Below, piece after piece: positions 47,145-59,500 of a DNA stretch of 64,000 nt. The notes beneath the pieces are model-generated. The model saw only the letters and a list, made by a program, of their open reading frames with translations, was not told where the DNA came from and ran no database searches. Where the stretch lies: contig JAYWIR010000028.1 of NCBI GenBank assembly GCA_036172245.1, positions 62,001 through 126,000 on the forward strand, given 5' to 3'. Within the stretch, counting starts at the first letter, position 1, and each line of letters opens with the position of its first letter. The position numbers were made by a program, and so were the translations under genes. The DNA comes from Raillietiella orientalis. Lineage: Eukaryota.

Positions 47145-47532
47145 CGCTCGCGGGAACTCTGCGGAGAAGGGGGGAGGGGTAACCAGGGGCAACGTCCCTC
47201 TCCAGAAGAGCGCGGCGCGCGCTTCCATCGCGGCGCGCCTCGGAGGGGCAACAACGACGGGAGGGCGCGCTGCCGCCGCGGCCTCCGGCCGGGCGGGCGC
47301 GCGCACAGGGCGGGGCGGGAGGAGGCGCGCGCAGGGAGAGGACGGCAAGACCACCGCCGCCGCGATTCTTCTCTCGGGGAGAATACGGGAGGCGGCGGCG
47401 GCGGCAGGTTTTCCGCCTCCTTTCCTCGCTCGCCCTTGCTCCCACGCATGCGCGTACCGGACGTGCCCTGCTGGGAGGAAAAAGCCGCCTTGCCGTGGCG
47501 CGACGCGAACTCCTCCTGGAGAAAGGGGCGCA

Positions 47533-47560
47533 GCACGCACGCACGCACGCACGCACGCAC
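47533..47560. repeat. (GCAC)7 microsatellite upstream of Otx copy B; inverted (GTGC)n array at 51292-51318
   Basis: Read directly. Confidence 0.85.
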
Positions 47561-50500
47561 GCCGGGAGTTTTCGTGATTCCGGCAAAAGGTTCTCATCTC
47601 CCCCCCCCCCCTTTTTTTTTCATCCGTTTTTCTTCTTCTTCTTTTTTTCTCCCTGGCGGTCCGGGCTTTTTTCTCTCGTTCTCTCTCTCTCTCTCTCTCT
47701 CCCCCTGCCGTCGCGCAGGCAACTAACTATCTTTCCCGCCGTCTCCCCGTGAGGTCGTCGAGTCCAAAGTCACGAACCTGCCCTCCCCCGTCGCGCGCCT
47801 CTCCTATGCGGCGGGCAGAGGGGGGCTGGAGGGAGGCCCCGACCCCCCATCCACAGCTGCCTCCTGCAACGCGCCAGCCGCAGCGGCCCCTCCGGCGGCT
47901 GAGGCGACGACCCTCCGCCCCTCCCCTTCCGACCTCCTCCTCGCGGGAGCGTCGCATTGGTGACGGCAGGAGGGCTGCCTGCGTGTAGCGTGCGTGCGAG
48001 GCGCGCGCGTGTGCGCGTCCAGCGCGACGGTCGGCACGGCTTCATTAGCCGCAGCACAAACGCTCCCACGCGCGCGGGAGGCTTCCGGGATGCACGCGCG
48101 TCCGTAATTACCTCCGGGAGCGGTGCGAACCGCGCGCGCGCGCCCCCTGCTCGCTCCCTCCTCCAGGGGAAGGGAGGGGTGGAAAAGGGAGGGGGTCGCC
48201 GACTCCCCGCGCTCCTCCTCCTTCCTCGCAGGCGCCTCGTCGATCCGTGGCCGGGGGGGGGCACCTGCGAACCGGCGACCCTCGAGAGAAGGAAGGGCAG
48301 GGGAGTCCGTGCGCATCCCCAGGACGGGCGGACCCGGTGCGCCAGCAGGCTGGGAAGGGCCTCTCGGCGGCGCCGGTCCGCCTGCTCTTCCGCGTTCCGC
48401 AGAGGACCGTGAAATTTCGAACGGCAGGAGGGGGAGGGGGGAGAGAAAAGGGGGAGCGAGGCGCGCGCGCGATAAAACAAACAAGCGAGTTGCCCGGCGA
48501 GGCGCGCATCCCCCCATGCCCGGCTTCCCTTTGCGCGCGCCGGTCCTCTTCATAATAGGGGTCTGTTTGAGCAAGCGCATGGGGGATGGGATAGAGATAT
48601 TTGTACGGCATTAATTTCAGTGTTTCGGGTCTTTATGGGGAGCTGCTGCTGCTGCCGCCGCCGCTTCTGTCCCTCTCTTTTTCGCTTTCGCCTGCCGCTC
48701 CCCCTCCTCCCCTTCTTTCTCCCTCCGGGTTCAGCACGGGTTGGGGAGGGGGGACACAATGGGGAGTCCCACAGTCTACAGGCGGGCGGATCATTGTCCC
48801 GAGCGTCACGCCACACGGAGGATGTCAAACGGGAGGGACACGATGACGTGGCTGACAATGGGCGATACCCTTTCTGCCTGCCCCCTTCAGTTAGCTGGAA
48901 ATGGCGCGCCCGGAACGGCGGAAAATTGCCGCGCTCACGCTCCGCCGGGTGTAAACATTCGGGGGCCGCCCTGAGGTCGCGGTTTGCGGCGGCGGCGGCG
49001 GCGGTCGCCACCGCCGACGCCGCCGGCGACCTTCCTTCCTTCCTTCCTTCCTTCCTCCCCCGCCTCGCCGCCGCGGGTCCGCCGAGCAGCGGCGGCGGAC
49101 CCGCGGCGACCAGAGGGAGGAGGGGCCTGCCTTTCCCCCTGGCGAGCGCGCGGGCACAGCGGGCCGAAACGCGCCCCAGCAGATAAAGGCGGACCTCTTA
49201 ATCGGACGCCCCCTGACGTCACCTCGGATGAACTCGTCAGGCCGGCCCGGTCGCGGCGGCGGCACGAGGAAAGCCGCAGCCGGCGGCGGCACGAGGTCCA
49301 GGGAGGCTGGCGTGCTGGCAACGCGGCCCCCCTCTCCCCCACCGCCGCCCCGATCCCCCCTCCCCCTGCTCCCACGGTCACCAGCGCGCGCATCGGCACC
49401 CTTCTCCCCTCCACCCTTCTCCCCTCCTTTCCCTCCCGCTCCCACCTTCGGCCATTGTGTCCCGGTGCGCGCGCATGTTTTTTTTTTTTTTTTTTTTTTC
49501 CTTTTCCCTTCTTTCCTTTCTGGGCGACCGGGTTGCTGCCGCGCTCCTCCCTTCCCCCCCGCCTCGCTCTCCCGTCCGGTTCCCGGCGCTCGGCGTCCCT
49601 TCCCTCTCTGCTCCCGCGCGTCGTCGGCCCCTCACGTCAGGAGGGAGGGTGGGATGCACCGTCGCCGCCTCCCTTTGTTACTCCAGGCGGCTGCTGCGCT
49701 GCCCGGAAGGGGGGAGGTGGCGTGGAGGGGGAGGGGCAGGAGGAGTGAACGCGTGCGCTCTTGACGCAGCCCGAGGCGGCAAAGCGCGAAGGGGAGTGCG
49801 GCGCCAGCGGAAAGGCGCCAAGAAGCCGTGGCAGCTGGCAACAACACTTGGTCTGCGGTCGACCCTCAGCAGGAAGGAAGGCGTGGGGGGGGGGGAGGGG
49901 AGGGGCGTCCCGCTCCCCCCTCGCCTTCCCCCTCTTCCCTTTGCCTCGTTCCCCCAGCCCTCCCGGGAAGAGCCGCGTCGAGAAGCGGAAAATTGGCGTG
50001 GAGGAGCGGAGAATGAGCGCGCGCGGAACGGAGGGACGGACGGCCAGCGGTGGTCCGGGAAGAAGGGGGAGGACTCGGGAGAGAGGCGAGGTGCTTCCGG
50101 AGGGTGGTTCCGCAGAGGGTAAGGGGGGGTTGAACCTTCGGCCTCCGAAACAAGGGACAAGGAGAGAGCGAGGCTTCTTCTCCCCGCTCCCCGAGCCACT
50201 CCTGCCGCCCCATTTCGGTCCCCTCCCCTTCACGAGGCGGCGATGAGGGACGAAGACGCTTCGATGCGAAGGAAACGGCAGTCGAAGAGAGGGAAGCGAC
50301 TTTCCGACCACCCTTTCCGCGCCCCACTCACCCCTCTGCAAGTCCATGCTCCCGACTAGGCTGCCGCCCGCTCGGACGAGTCCCGTTAGGGAGAAGGCGC
50401 CTCCTCCCTCTCTCCCCAGCCGCCCCCACCACCCTGCTTCCCGCTCGGAACGGGGGGAAGAGCGACCGGCTCGTTAGCAACGGAGGGGATGAAGACATCA

Positions 50501-53500
50501 CGCTGCTGGTCGTGTCGTCAGGCGCCACTCCAATTAGCACCGCGCGCCTCCGCACGGGCGCCGTCACGCGAGGCTCCTCGGCCCTGCGCGACGCGCTTCC
50601 TGAATGAATGGACCACGCGCATCGCTGAAGGGAGGGGGAGGCGGCGCTCCGGGAAGCAGCAGGGTCAAGGAGGGGGGAACGCAGGGGGGGAATGGGGAGG
50701 CTCCCGGGCGCGGAAGACGAACGTCCTCGAGGAGGAGGAGGAGGGAACGCACGCGGGATGGCCCTCCCGCCACGCGGTCATCCCGGACTACGCCCGCTCG
50801 CGCCTGCGAAAAGACGCCCGCAGTGACAGGGACGGGATAGGTTGGGGAAGGGGGTGCGACCAGACCAACCCGCTGCCGACGCCGCCCGGGTTCCTTCCGA
50901 TGTCCTCCGTCCGCCTCGTGGACTGCCGCAGTTCTGCAGGAAGTCGTGCGCCTCCCGGGAGATTTTTTCGGGCTCGGGTCCGGGGAGGGGGAGTCCAACG
51001 GGATGCTGCCATCCAACCGGGAGGCTGGGCGTCGGCAACCGGAAAACGGAGGAGCGACCAGGGGTGCGTCGAGACTCCCCTCCGGGGAGCGGCCGACCAC
51101 GTGGGGAGTGCGCCGCCTCCCACAGGAGAGGCACGTGCGAGCGAAGGCTGCGCGGTTGCGAGGCTCTCCTGCATCGCGATCTCGACGGAAGAGGAAGCTC
51201 AGCGCTGGACCGAGCGAGGACGAGAAAAACGGCGGAAAGGACACGCACGTGCCCGCGGGAAGGAATTCGAGCGCACGGATACGCCGCGCGAGTGCGTGCG
51301 TGCGTGCGTGCGTGCGTGGAGCGAGCGAGCGAGCGTGCACATTCGTGGTGCGTCTGCGATCGGATGCTTGGGGGGGGGGGGGGGGAGGCGAGGGGAGGCA
51401 CGCGGACGACGATCGTCACCTAACGCCCGTGAGTGATCTCAGAGGCTGGGGGAGGAGGGGAGGGGCTGTGGGCGGGACGGAGACGGGGGCGCACACACCC
51501 TCGGAAGGGAGCGCGCTGGGTAGGGAAAACGGAATAAAACCGGGAGGGGGCGGAAGGAAGCACCGGGTGGTTACCTGACTGCTGCAGGGCCGCGGGAGGA
51601 CACGAGAGGAGGCAGCTCCGTCGAGCTCCACGCGCTCCGTCGATCTCGGGCACGGCGGCGCGGGCAGACTGCGCGCGCTCAGGTACGAACGACCCGCTCT
51701 CGGAATCGCAGGCCGCGACTACGTTCGGGGCATGACGTCACCGTCGGACGCACGTCCGCCGCTCCGGCTTGGGGGCTCCCTTCCTGATTGGCGGCGGCTG
51801 CAGTCGGGGCCTCGTTATCGACTGGCACGCGTTCCGTGCGCGCGCGCGGGCGTGCACACGGACGCGGGTGCGCGCGCGCGAACCGGGAGCGCGCTCCAGT
51901 AAGGACTCCCTCCCTCCCTGTTCTCCCCTCCCCTTCCGCTGAGCGAAGCGGAGTCTCCCGGGCTCCCTCGGCCCCCTACGACGATGACGACCTCAGAGAG
52001 GGGATGCGCTTTCCCCTCCTCCCCTCCGATGTCGGCCACCGCCGCCGTGGTCCGCGCCGACCCGGAGTCCAGGAGACAGGAGCCAGACGTCCCTTCCCGT
52101 CTGGAGCCAAGCAGGAAAGAGGGGGGAACCGCCCCAGGTCCAGAAGCACCACTCGCGTCTTCGTTTTCTCTTCCCCTCGAGCGTGGTGGAGAGCGCAGCG
52201 GCGCTGGAAGCGTACGAGGTCGAGGCGCGATTCTCGACCGCATGGAGATGTGGTCCATTTGGGAGGACGCGCGTGGTGCAGCCCCACACTGGAGGCCGCG
52301 AGAGCATCTTTTCGCTTGGAGGGATCTCCTGGCAAACAGGCGCTGCTTCTCCCTCTGGCTATATCTCATCCCTCATCCTCCGTGCTTCTCCCCCGTGACT
52401 GCCACCATCCTCCTCCGAGGAGCAGCAGTAGCAGAGAGCGAGACCGTGGCAGGACGACCTTATTAATGACGCTTCGATGACTGGTCGGAGGCGACTTTGA
52501 CAGGACGTCCTTAATCATCGAGGATGCGTCCGGGCGTCGCTGGGGCAACGAAAGCGAAGTCAGCGAGGAGCGGCGCAACCCGCGAGAGCGACACCTGGCC
52601 GCACTGACCCGCGCAAGACGGCAGCCCTTCCTTCTCTCCCTCCCTCATCGACCAGTTGGGTCCGGGGTGCCAGCTCGAGAGGAGGAGCGCGAGCTCCGCG
52701 TGCGGCAGCCGCCTCCCTGCCCCCAAGTGCGCAACTCACCTGGGTTTGTTCCCATGGTAACTCCTCCCCTCCTCTCGCTTTCGTCCTCTCTGCTTCTCCT
52801 CTGCTCCTCCATTCCATCTCCTGCTCCTCTCCTGTGCCGAGAAGACCCGGCCTTGTCGAGGGAGACCAGGCAACAGCATTCACTTTCCCCCTACTCCCCG
52901 CTCCAGGTCGCGCCGCCCGCCGGAGGGATGAGGAAGAATCGTGTCGTTCCCAAGAGAGAAGATCAAGAGCCTTCTGGCATCCCTCTCCCCAGGGAAGAGA
53001 TCTCCCGCATCGAAAGCCGCCTTCCGTAGGGACGTTGCGGAAGGGGAGACGGCCCGCACCGACACCTCTGAAAAAACGGGAGCGATCGGATCCCGGATTC
53101 CAGGGGCACGCCTGGGGATGGCAGCAAAGTGGATCCTGCGAGACCTTTGTCCCGTCGATGGTGGCGGGGCGGTAGAGGAGCCGAACTGCTGCCCTTGCTC
53201 CTGGTCCTTTCATCAGGTGTGGGTGGAAGCGGGGGAACAATGGAAGGTCTCCGAAGGACGCCGCCAAGGGATCCGGGAGTGGACGGCACCGCTCCTGGAA
53301 ATCCAAGAAGAATCAACTTGGTGGCTCGCCTTCGCTGACATCTCGAGCGATGCTTGTAGCTCCCCGTCGGGCTGACGCGTGGGCCCCCCTTGTCCCGGAA
53401 GCTCCTGCTCACGAGCACCTCCGCGTTCCTGAATTCATGACTGAAGGAGGAACGAGCGCGCCCACTCTGGAAGGAGGGAAGGACCACTGCTAGAGATCCG

Positions 53501-56500
53501 AGCTCTCTCTCCAGACGAAGTGGTCGGCAGTCCTAGCGGTGCCCTGAGTGACCTCTCTTCTCCTCTTCCTGCCCCCCGCACCGACGACCGGGGCTTCTCC
53601 GCAAAGGGCACGGAGACGACTCCGCCCCGCATTCCAATGCGACCTTCCCTTGCTGCTTAGCTATTCCCGCTGGTAATCCCTCCTTCCTCCCTCTCTGGCA
53701 GACAGGGAGGTCTTCGTCGACTCTTAGGGAGAATCACATAGGGAATTCTCGAGATTGCGCCAGGCAGGAGACGGGACGTCGTCGTCCAGAGGGCTGGACA
53801 TCCCTTTTCGTTGCTGCCCCCAGGCACCGTCTCCTACGAGAGCAGCGGGTTCCGGCACCACCAAGACGCCGCCAAATACGAAAAGAACGCCGACGTTCGC
53901 GGCTTCTTCGGAGAACTTCCTGCTGCCCCGGGGTGCTAATTTCGGATCAGGGCTTTCTGGACTTTGCTCGAGATGCAGCCCGTGGCCCCGAAGACAACTT
54001 TTGCCGCAGCTTCCTCTTCGGCAACTTCGTCGGGGACTGTGGCGAGCGTGACTCCTTCGGGAGAGGGCCATCTGTGTGGACCCTTCTTTCCTGGATGGCA
54101 GCCGACGGAGGAGGCGAGGCGGCAGCAGCCTTGCTCTTTCTTCGACGGATCGCTTGCGTCGGTGGGAAGGGAAGCCGCCGTGGTGTCTCCATGACCTCGG
54201 CAAAGGAGCGAAAGAGCCGAAAGATGGAGGCGGAAAACGTCCGGAAGCGTTCTGAAGATGAGTCTCAGGAACGTCCGTCGGGTCATCTTACAATCAGGAT
54301 GCCCCCGACGAAGCGAAGATTTCGAGAGAAGTACAAGATGGAGAGGATGGTGCTGGAATCGGGACGACAGCTGTCCTGGTCATCGGGTTGCATGCGGGTC
54401 GTCCAGAGCGAGGTCCTTAGGGGGCTGGGGAGGTGGGCCTGGCAGCGAGACGAGGTGGGGAGAAGGGATCATGGTCGACGGAACGGAAAACAGCACCAGC
54501 TCCTCCTCACCTGCCCGGACCTACACTGGCACCTCCTGCAAGAGTTCCTCGAGCGCTTTGTGACCCCATCCCGCTCCAGGGAGTGTGGGTGTTTACTGCC
54601 TCCGAGACGTCCTGCGGCTTACGCATAGGGGTAGGAGTGAGGTGGAATGGCAAAGAGCGTCTCCTGGATAGAGGAAGGAATCGAGACTTCGGGGAACGAC
54701 CCCTTTCTCCAGGACAACTGTCGTCTTTCTTGCCCTTCAGGTTCCTGGTTCGTCCCCTGGGCTTGCGACGAGCTCACGGAAGTCCTACTGTGGCGCGCAA
54801 CTCGCACGCCTCCGATCACCAGTCCCATTCCCCTCTCCCTCCCCCTTTATCCTTTCCTTCTCCCCTGAGTCCTTGCTCAGGGGTAGAGGAGGAGGTGGCT
54901 AACCGTGCCAACGGTGGTTCCCTTGGAGCTCGGTGCTCTTCCTGAAAGGGGCAGCTCGAAGAGGTCCGCCGAATGGGCTGCTCTCGTTACGCCCAAGAGG
55001 TGCATGAAGAAAGATGCCCACCCGTCTCAGGGCGGCGGAGGTGCTCAGGAGCCTTTCCGTCGAGACCGGGAGAAGGCGCTCCCATCGCGGAGTTCCCCTG
55101 CTCCATGATGCGTGCAGGCACGGGAATGGCCGCTCCGTGAGGAAGGGGGGAGACGGGGGTGAGCTGGGGCTCCCTGGGAACCGAGGGATGCAGCGGCGAG
55201 GAACGAGGCGGTTGACCGCCCTCCCGCCCCCCTTCGCTTGGCTGCTGCGGAAGACTCGCCCCCGCGCGCCAGGGCAAGGACGGCAGGCGCCGAGCGGCGG
55301 CCGATCTGGTATGCCGGGCATTTCACGCCCCGATTCGTAGGGCGGACGCGGCGGCTCCACTGCTCTCTCTCGCGCGCTCTTGGAAGAGAGAGAGGGAGGG
55401 ATGGAGGAGGGGGTCAGAGGGAACGCCAAGGAGAAGGAGAGAAAGTGGGCTCACCCGGCTCTCTCCTGCTGTCACCGTCTGTCCGCTCGTCGACGTGCGT
55501 CCGTCCGCGCGCGTCTGCCTCTGTTTGCTTTCCCTTTGTTGTCTTTAAGCCCGATCTGCTTCTCCTCGTGTCTTGTTGGCGCCCCGCGTGCGGCGACGGC
55601 GGCGTCAGGGACCTACGGAATCCGCGCACTGCCGGAGGTTGCTGGGCGGGAGCGAAAGCGGCCGCTGCGCCCGTCCTTCGAAAGCTCCTCGTCGCCTCGA
55701 TTGGCCCCGCTGGCTATTCACTCCGATGGTGTCTCCGAAACAGCCCCCTCTCGCCTCTCCCACGGTTCATCGATCTATTTTCGCTACCTTCCTCCTCCCC
55801 CCTTCCTCCTTTCGTAGAAGAGGAACGCTGATCCCGCCTCCTCCGCTTTTGTGTTTCCTTCGGGTTCTACCTCTGCCTGGAAGAATCCTCCCCGTTTCAC
55901 TCTCTATGGACCAGGCTCGAAGGTGGGGAGAGGTGGGAGGCAGCAGCTGGAGTCTTCCGGGAACCCAACTTCCGGTGGAAAATGTGACCATGGGACGAGA
56001 AGGGAGAGAGAATTCCGGGTCACCCCGTCGGAACGGCGCGCCCTCTCAAGAGATTTTTCCCTTTCGGCTGGAAGTCCCTCGACTAGAAGGAAGGGAGGGG
56101 AGACAGGAAAGGGAAACCATCCCTTTCGGCAGAAGCCGAAGTCCCGGTAGCTGTCCCAGCCGGAACATTCGAGCGTCACAGAGAAGAGACTCACCGAGTC
56201 CTGAAGTCACAAAGCGAAGCACAGGACGGGGAGAGGTGGGGAGAGAGAAGGGAAGAGGAGGAAGAAGACGGAAGAGGAATGCGCTTCCTGGATCCAAAAC
56301 GCACCTTTTCTCATCCCTTCCAGACGTCCCTGAAGCCACATCGTCAAGGCTTTGCCGTCACTAGACCGGCGACACAAGTCCCATGCCTTGCAGAGTTCCG
56401 GGAGGCGGGAATGGCAACCGAAGGGGTCCCCTTCCCCTCCATTTCCCAATCTCCCTTGGGAAGGCAACCGCTCCGGCTCACTGGGGAATCGCAGAGGCCG

Positions 56501-59500
56501 ATCGCGGTGGCGTCTCCATCCCAGATGGGATGGAGACTCCACTTCTCATCGTCCTGTCACCGCCACCGCTCCTCGCCCATAATTCCTCGCCTCCTGCAGG
56601 CAGAACGCACGGGAGGGGATTCTGCGCAACCGCCCACCCCAGACAGAGAGTCCCGGGGGGCTTTCGGGAGTCCGGACATGCCGGGAAGAAGCGCCCTCTC
56701 CTGGAAGACTCCACCGCAGGGACATGCGTTCCCGTCCCCGAGAGCAGCTTCCCGGCGCCGCTCTCCTCGTCGGCTCCGGGATCCGCTCCTATCGGGGTCC
56801 CCTAGATAGAGGCGTTCCGAGAGAGCTGGAAGCAGTCCTGGAAGCGCCCGATCAATTAGGAGAGGGGGGAAAAAGAGGAGAGAAGGAAGCGGACTGAAGA
56901 GCAGCGGCTGCGCAAGCCTGGGGGCACGATCCACCCCCCCCCCCAGCCAGCAGCAGTCCGCGCGGAGCGGAGGTGGGCGTGTGGACCCTCGCCGTTCCTC
57001 CTGAACGGCGAGGATCTGCCGCCTGGAACCGCAGCCTCAGGGTTCCGGAGCAGGAAGCTCTGGAGCGGCAGCGGAAGACGAAGGAGCAGGGGGACGGGCA
57101 GGAGGAGAATGCAGGGAGCGGAAGGGGGGTTGAGTCGCCTTTCCCCGTCTGGAATGGACGCTCCCTTCTGCACGAAAGAGGGGAGGAGGATGAGAGGGGG
57201 AATGGACCTGTCACAACCCATAACTCCCTCCTTGCCGCCGCCACTCTTCACAGTCGGATGCTCCCCTCTTCCTCCTCTGTGCCACTGCCCACTCCTCCCC
57301 CCCCCCTTCCAGAAATCCTCCTTCGTCACGCGAACATCACGTGCGGCATGGGATGATTCCGGCCAGACCGGCAGATGGTCCAGCTCAGGGAGGATTTTCC
57401 CCGATTTTTCCGCTTCTTGCACAGTCCGCCGGGAAGCGGCCGTCTCTCCCGGCTGAACGGAAATTTCGGCACTTCCGCACGCAAAAAGCGGCCCTCCCCT
57501 CTCATCCTCCTTCCTTCGTGCTCAGGGGGGTACAGACGGGTCAGAAGGTCGCGCTCTCCCTTCTTCTCCAGGCTCCGCGTTGCGAGTCCGTACGGGCAGA
57601 ACGTCCTGCGGGGGTGGGAGGAGAAGAGAGCTCTGCCAGTACACGCCTTCTCGGGGGAGGGAACCACTCCCAGAGCTTCCTGGCATCCAGGAACGCTTCG
57701 CTTTCGAGCGCCCGCCGAGCTCTGGCAGCCCACTAGCGATTACGCCCGGCGACTCGCCCGCGCGCGCCCTGCGAGCGTCGGCTGCGGGCAAACGCGACGA
57801 GCGGGCGGCGGGAGTCCGCGAAACCACGCGGAGACGTCCCGCAGCTTCCGAGCAGGGATTGGGAATGGAGCAGCATGAGCGAGGGCGTCCGATTCCCGAA
57901 TCTCCGATGAGGGGAGAGCACCAGTCCAGGAGCCCGTACGGACAGGTCGCCTTATGAGGAGGAAGGGGGAGGAAGTCTTCCAACGCACTCCCGCCGCTTT
58001 CCAGGAACGGTTGGTCTCCAGGAGGATCAGCTGCTGGGCGGTTGGGACTCCCGGGGATCAGGCGGGGGCGGGTGTCTCGGTCCGGGCAGTCCCCACCGTC
58101 TGGGAATTGATGGACAAGATGTCACCTCCGGCAGCTTCGCTCCATCTTCCCGATTCTTTCACAAAAGCAGGGACAAGTGTACTGCTCGAGACGGAGTTAG
58201 CGAGGAAGATGAGGTGGACGCACTGGGAGGAGACGTTTATGAAGGAAGAGATCGGACAGCAAACACAAAACTCCACTCCTTGACCCCATGGTCAACCCCA
58301 TCAGCCTTACTCAGAGCAGCTCAAAAGACGCTTGGAGTCTCCCCTCACCCCTTCTTTGTCCGTCTTTGCACCACGGAAAGGCGCGCCCAGAGTCCGTTTC
58401 GGTACTCGCCTCATCATGCAGGCGTTCCGTCGAGCCCCGAGCTCCAGCGGGGGGCCGGAAGCGATCGCACGGACCACCGGGTGGCTCCGTGGCGATCCCC
58501 ACATCTTCCTCCACGAGCTGCTGCGAACGAGGGACGGCGGAGCTCTTGGTTTCAGATCAGCTGCTGGACCGCGGTCGGATGGACGGCGATCGGGGATGAG
58601 ACAAAAGCTCCGGAAAGGGGTGCGCCCCTAGGGAACGGTTCGCCCATCGTCGGAGGCAGCTCGGAGGAACGGGCGAGCACGGGCGCGACAGCGTCCCCCG
58701 GTGGGACCCACGGGGCGGCGCGTCTTCCAGTCCACCCATTCGGTCGAAGGTCTCGCCGGGATCTTCGGCACGTGCGTGGCAACGCACCCGTAGCTCTCCT
58801 AGCGGCCGGACGACTTCCCGGAGATCACAGTGGCAGTGGAACTCGTGGGTGCTCGTGCTGGCGCCGGAAGGGCGCCTCTGATTCTCGCTGTTTTTCATGG
58901 CTGCCGATGGCGAAGAGCGATGGCGAGGTTCTACCTCGGCAGCCGACCGGTCCGTGGCGCACAGCGTCTTTCCGGGCTCCCCGGCGGCGGCGGCCCCACG
59001 CGCGCTTTCTCCCGCCACGCTTGGCGCGGCGGGAGAGCTCCTCCTCGCGGTCTGTCTGTCACCCTTGAGGGATGCCCCGGAGGGCCCCTCCCGAAGGCTA
59101 GTAGGGAGCCGCCGCTCCTTGCGACCCTACCGGCAGTCGCCGCGCCCCAAGGAACTCTCGGGGAAGGTCGAGCGCGCTCGAGTGCATTTGGGTTCTCCGC
59201 ACGTTGGCGTGCGGCTGGTTGTCCAGGAACGTGTCAAGCACCGCTGGGACGGGGGGCATCAAGTGGGCAGGAATTTCATGCCCTATTAGACGCGCGAGTG
59301 GCGGCTCGCGGCGGCGCAAATCCTGGTTTTAAAGTGCTCCTGGAACACGCGGGCGGGCGTTCTGCGCCCCCCCATCCAGTGGCGCGCGGCGAGGAAGGCG
59401 ACGGCCGCTCGAGCTGGGTTCCGCGCCCGATCCGCGCATTCCCTGGGGATCCCTCGGGAGCCGCCCGCCCGAGAGGAGGGAGGGAGTAGGGGCGGCGGCG

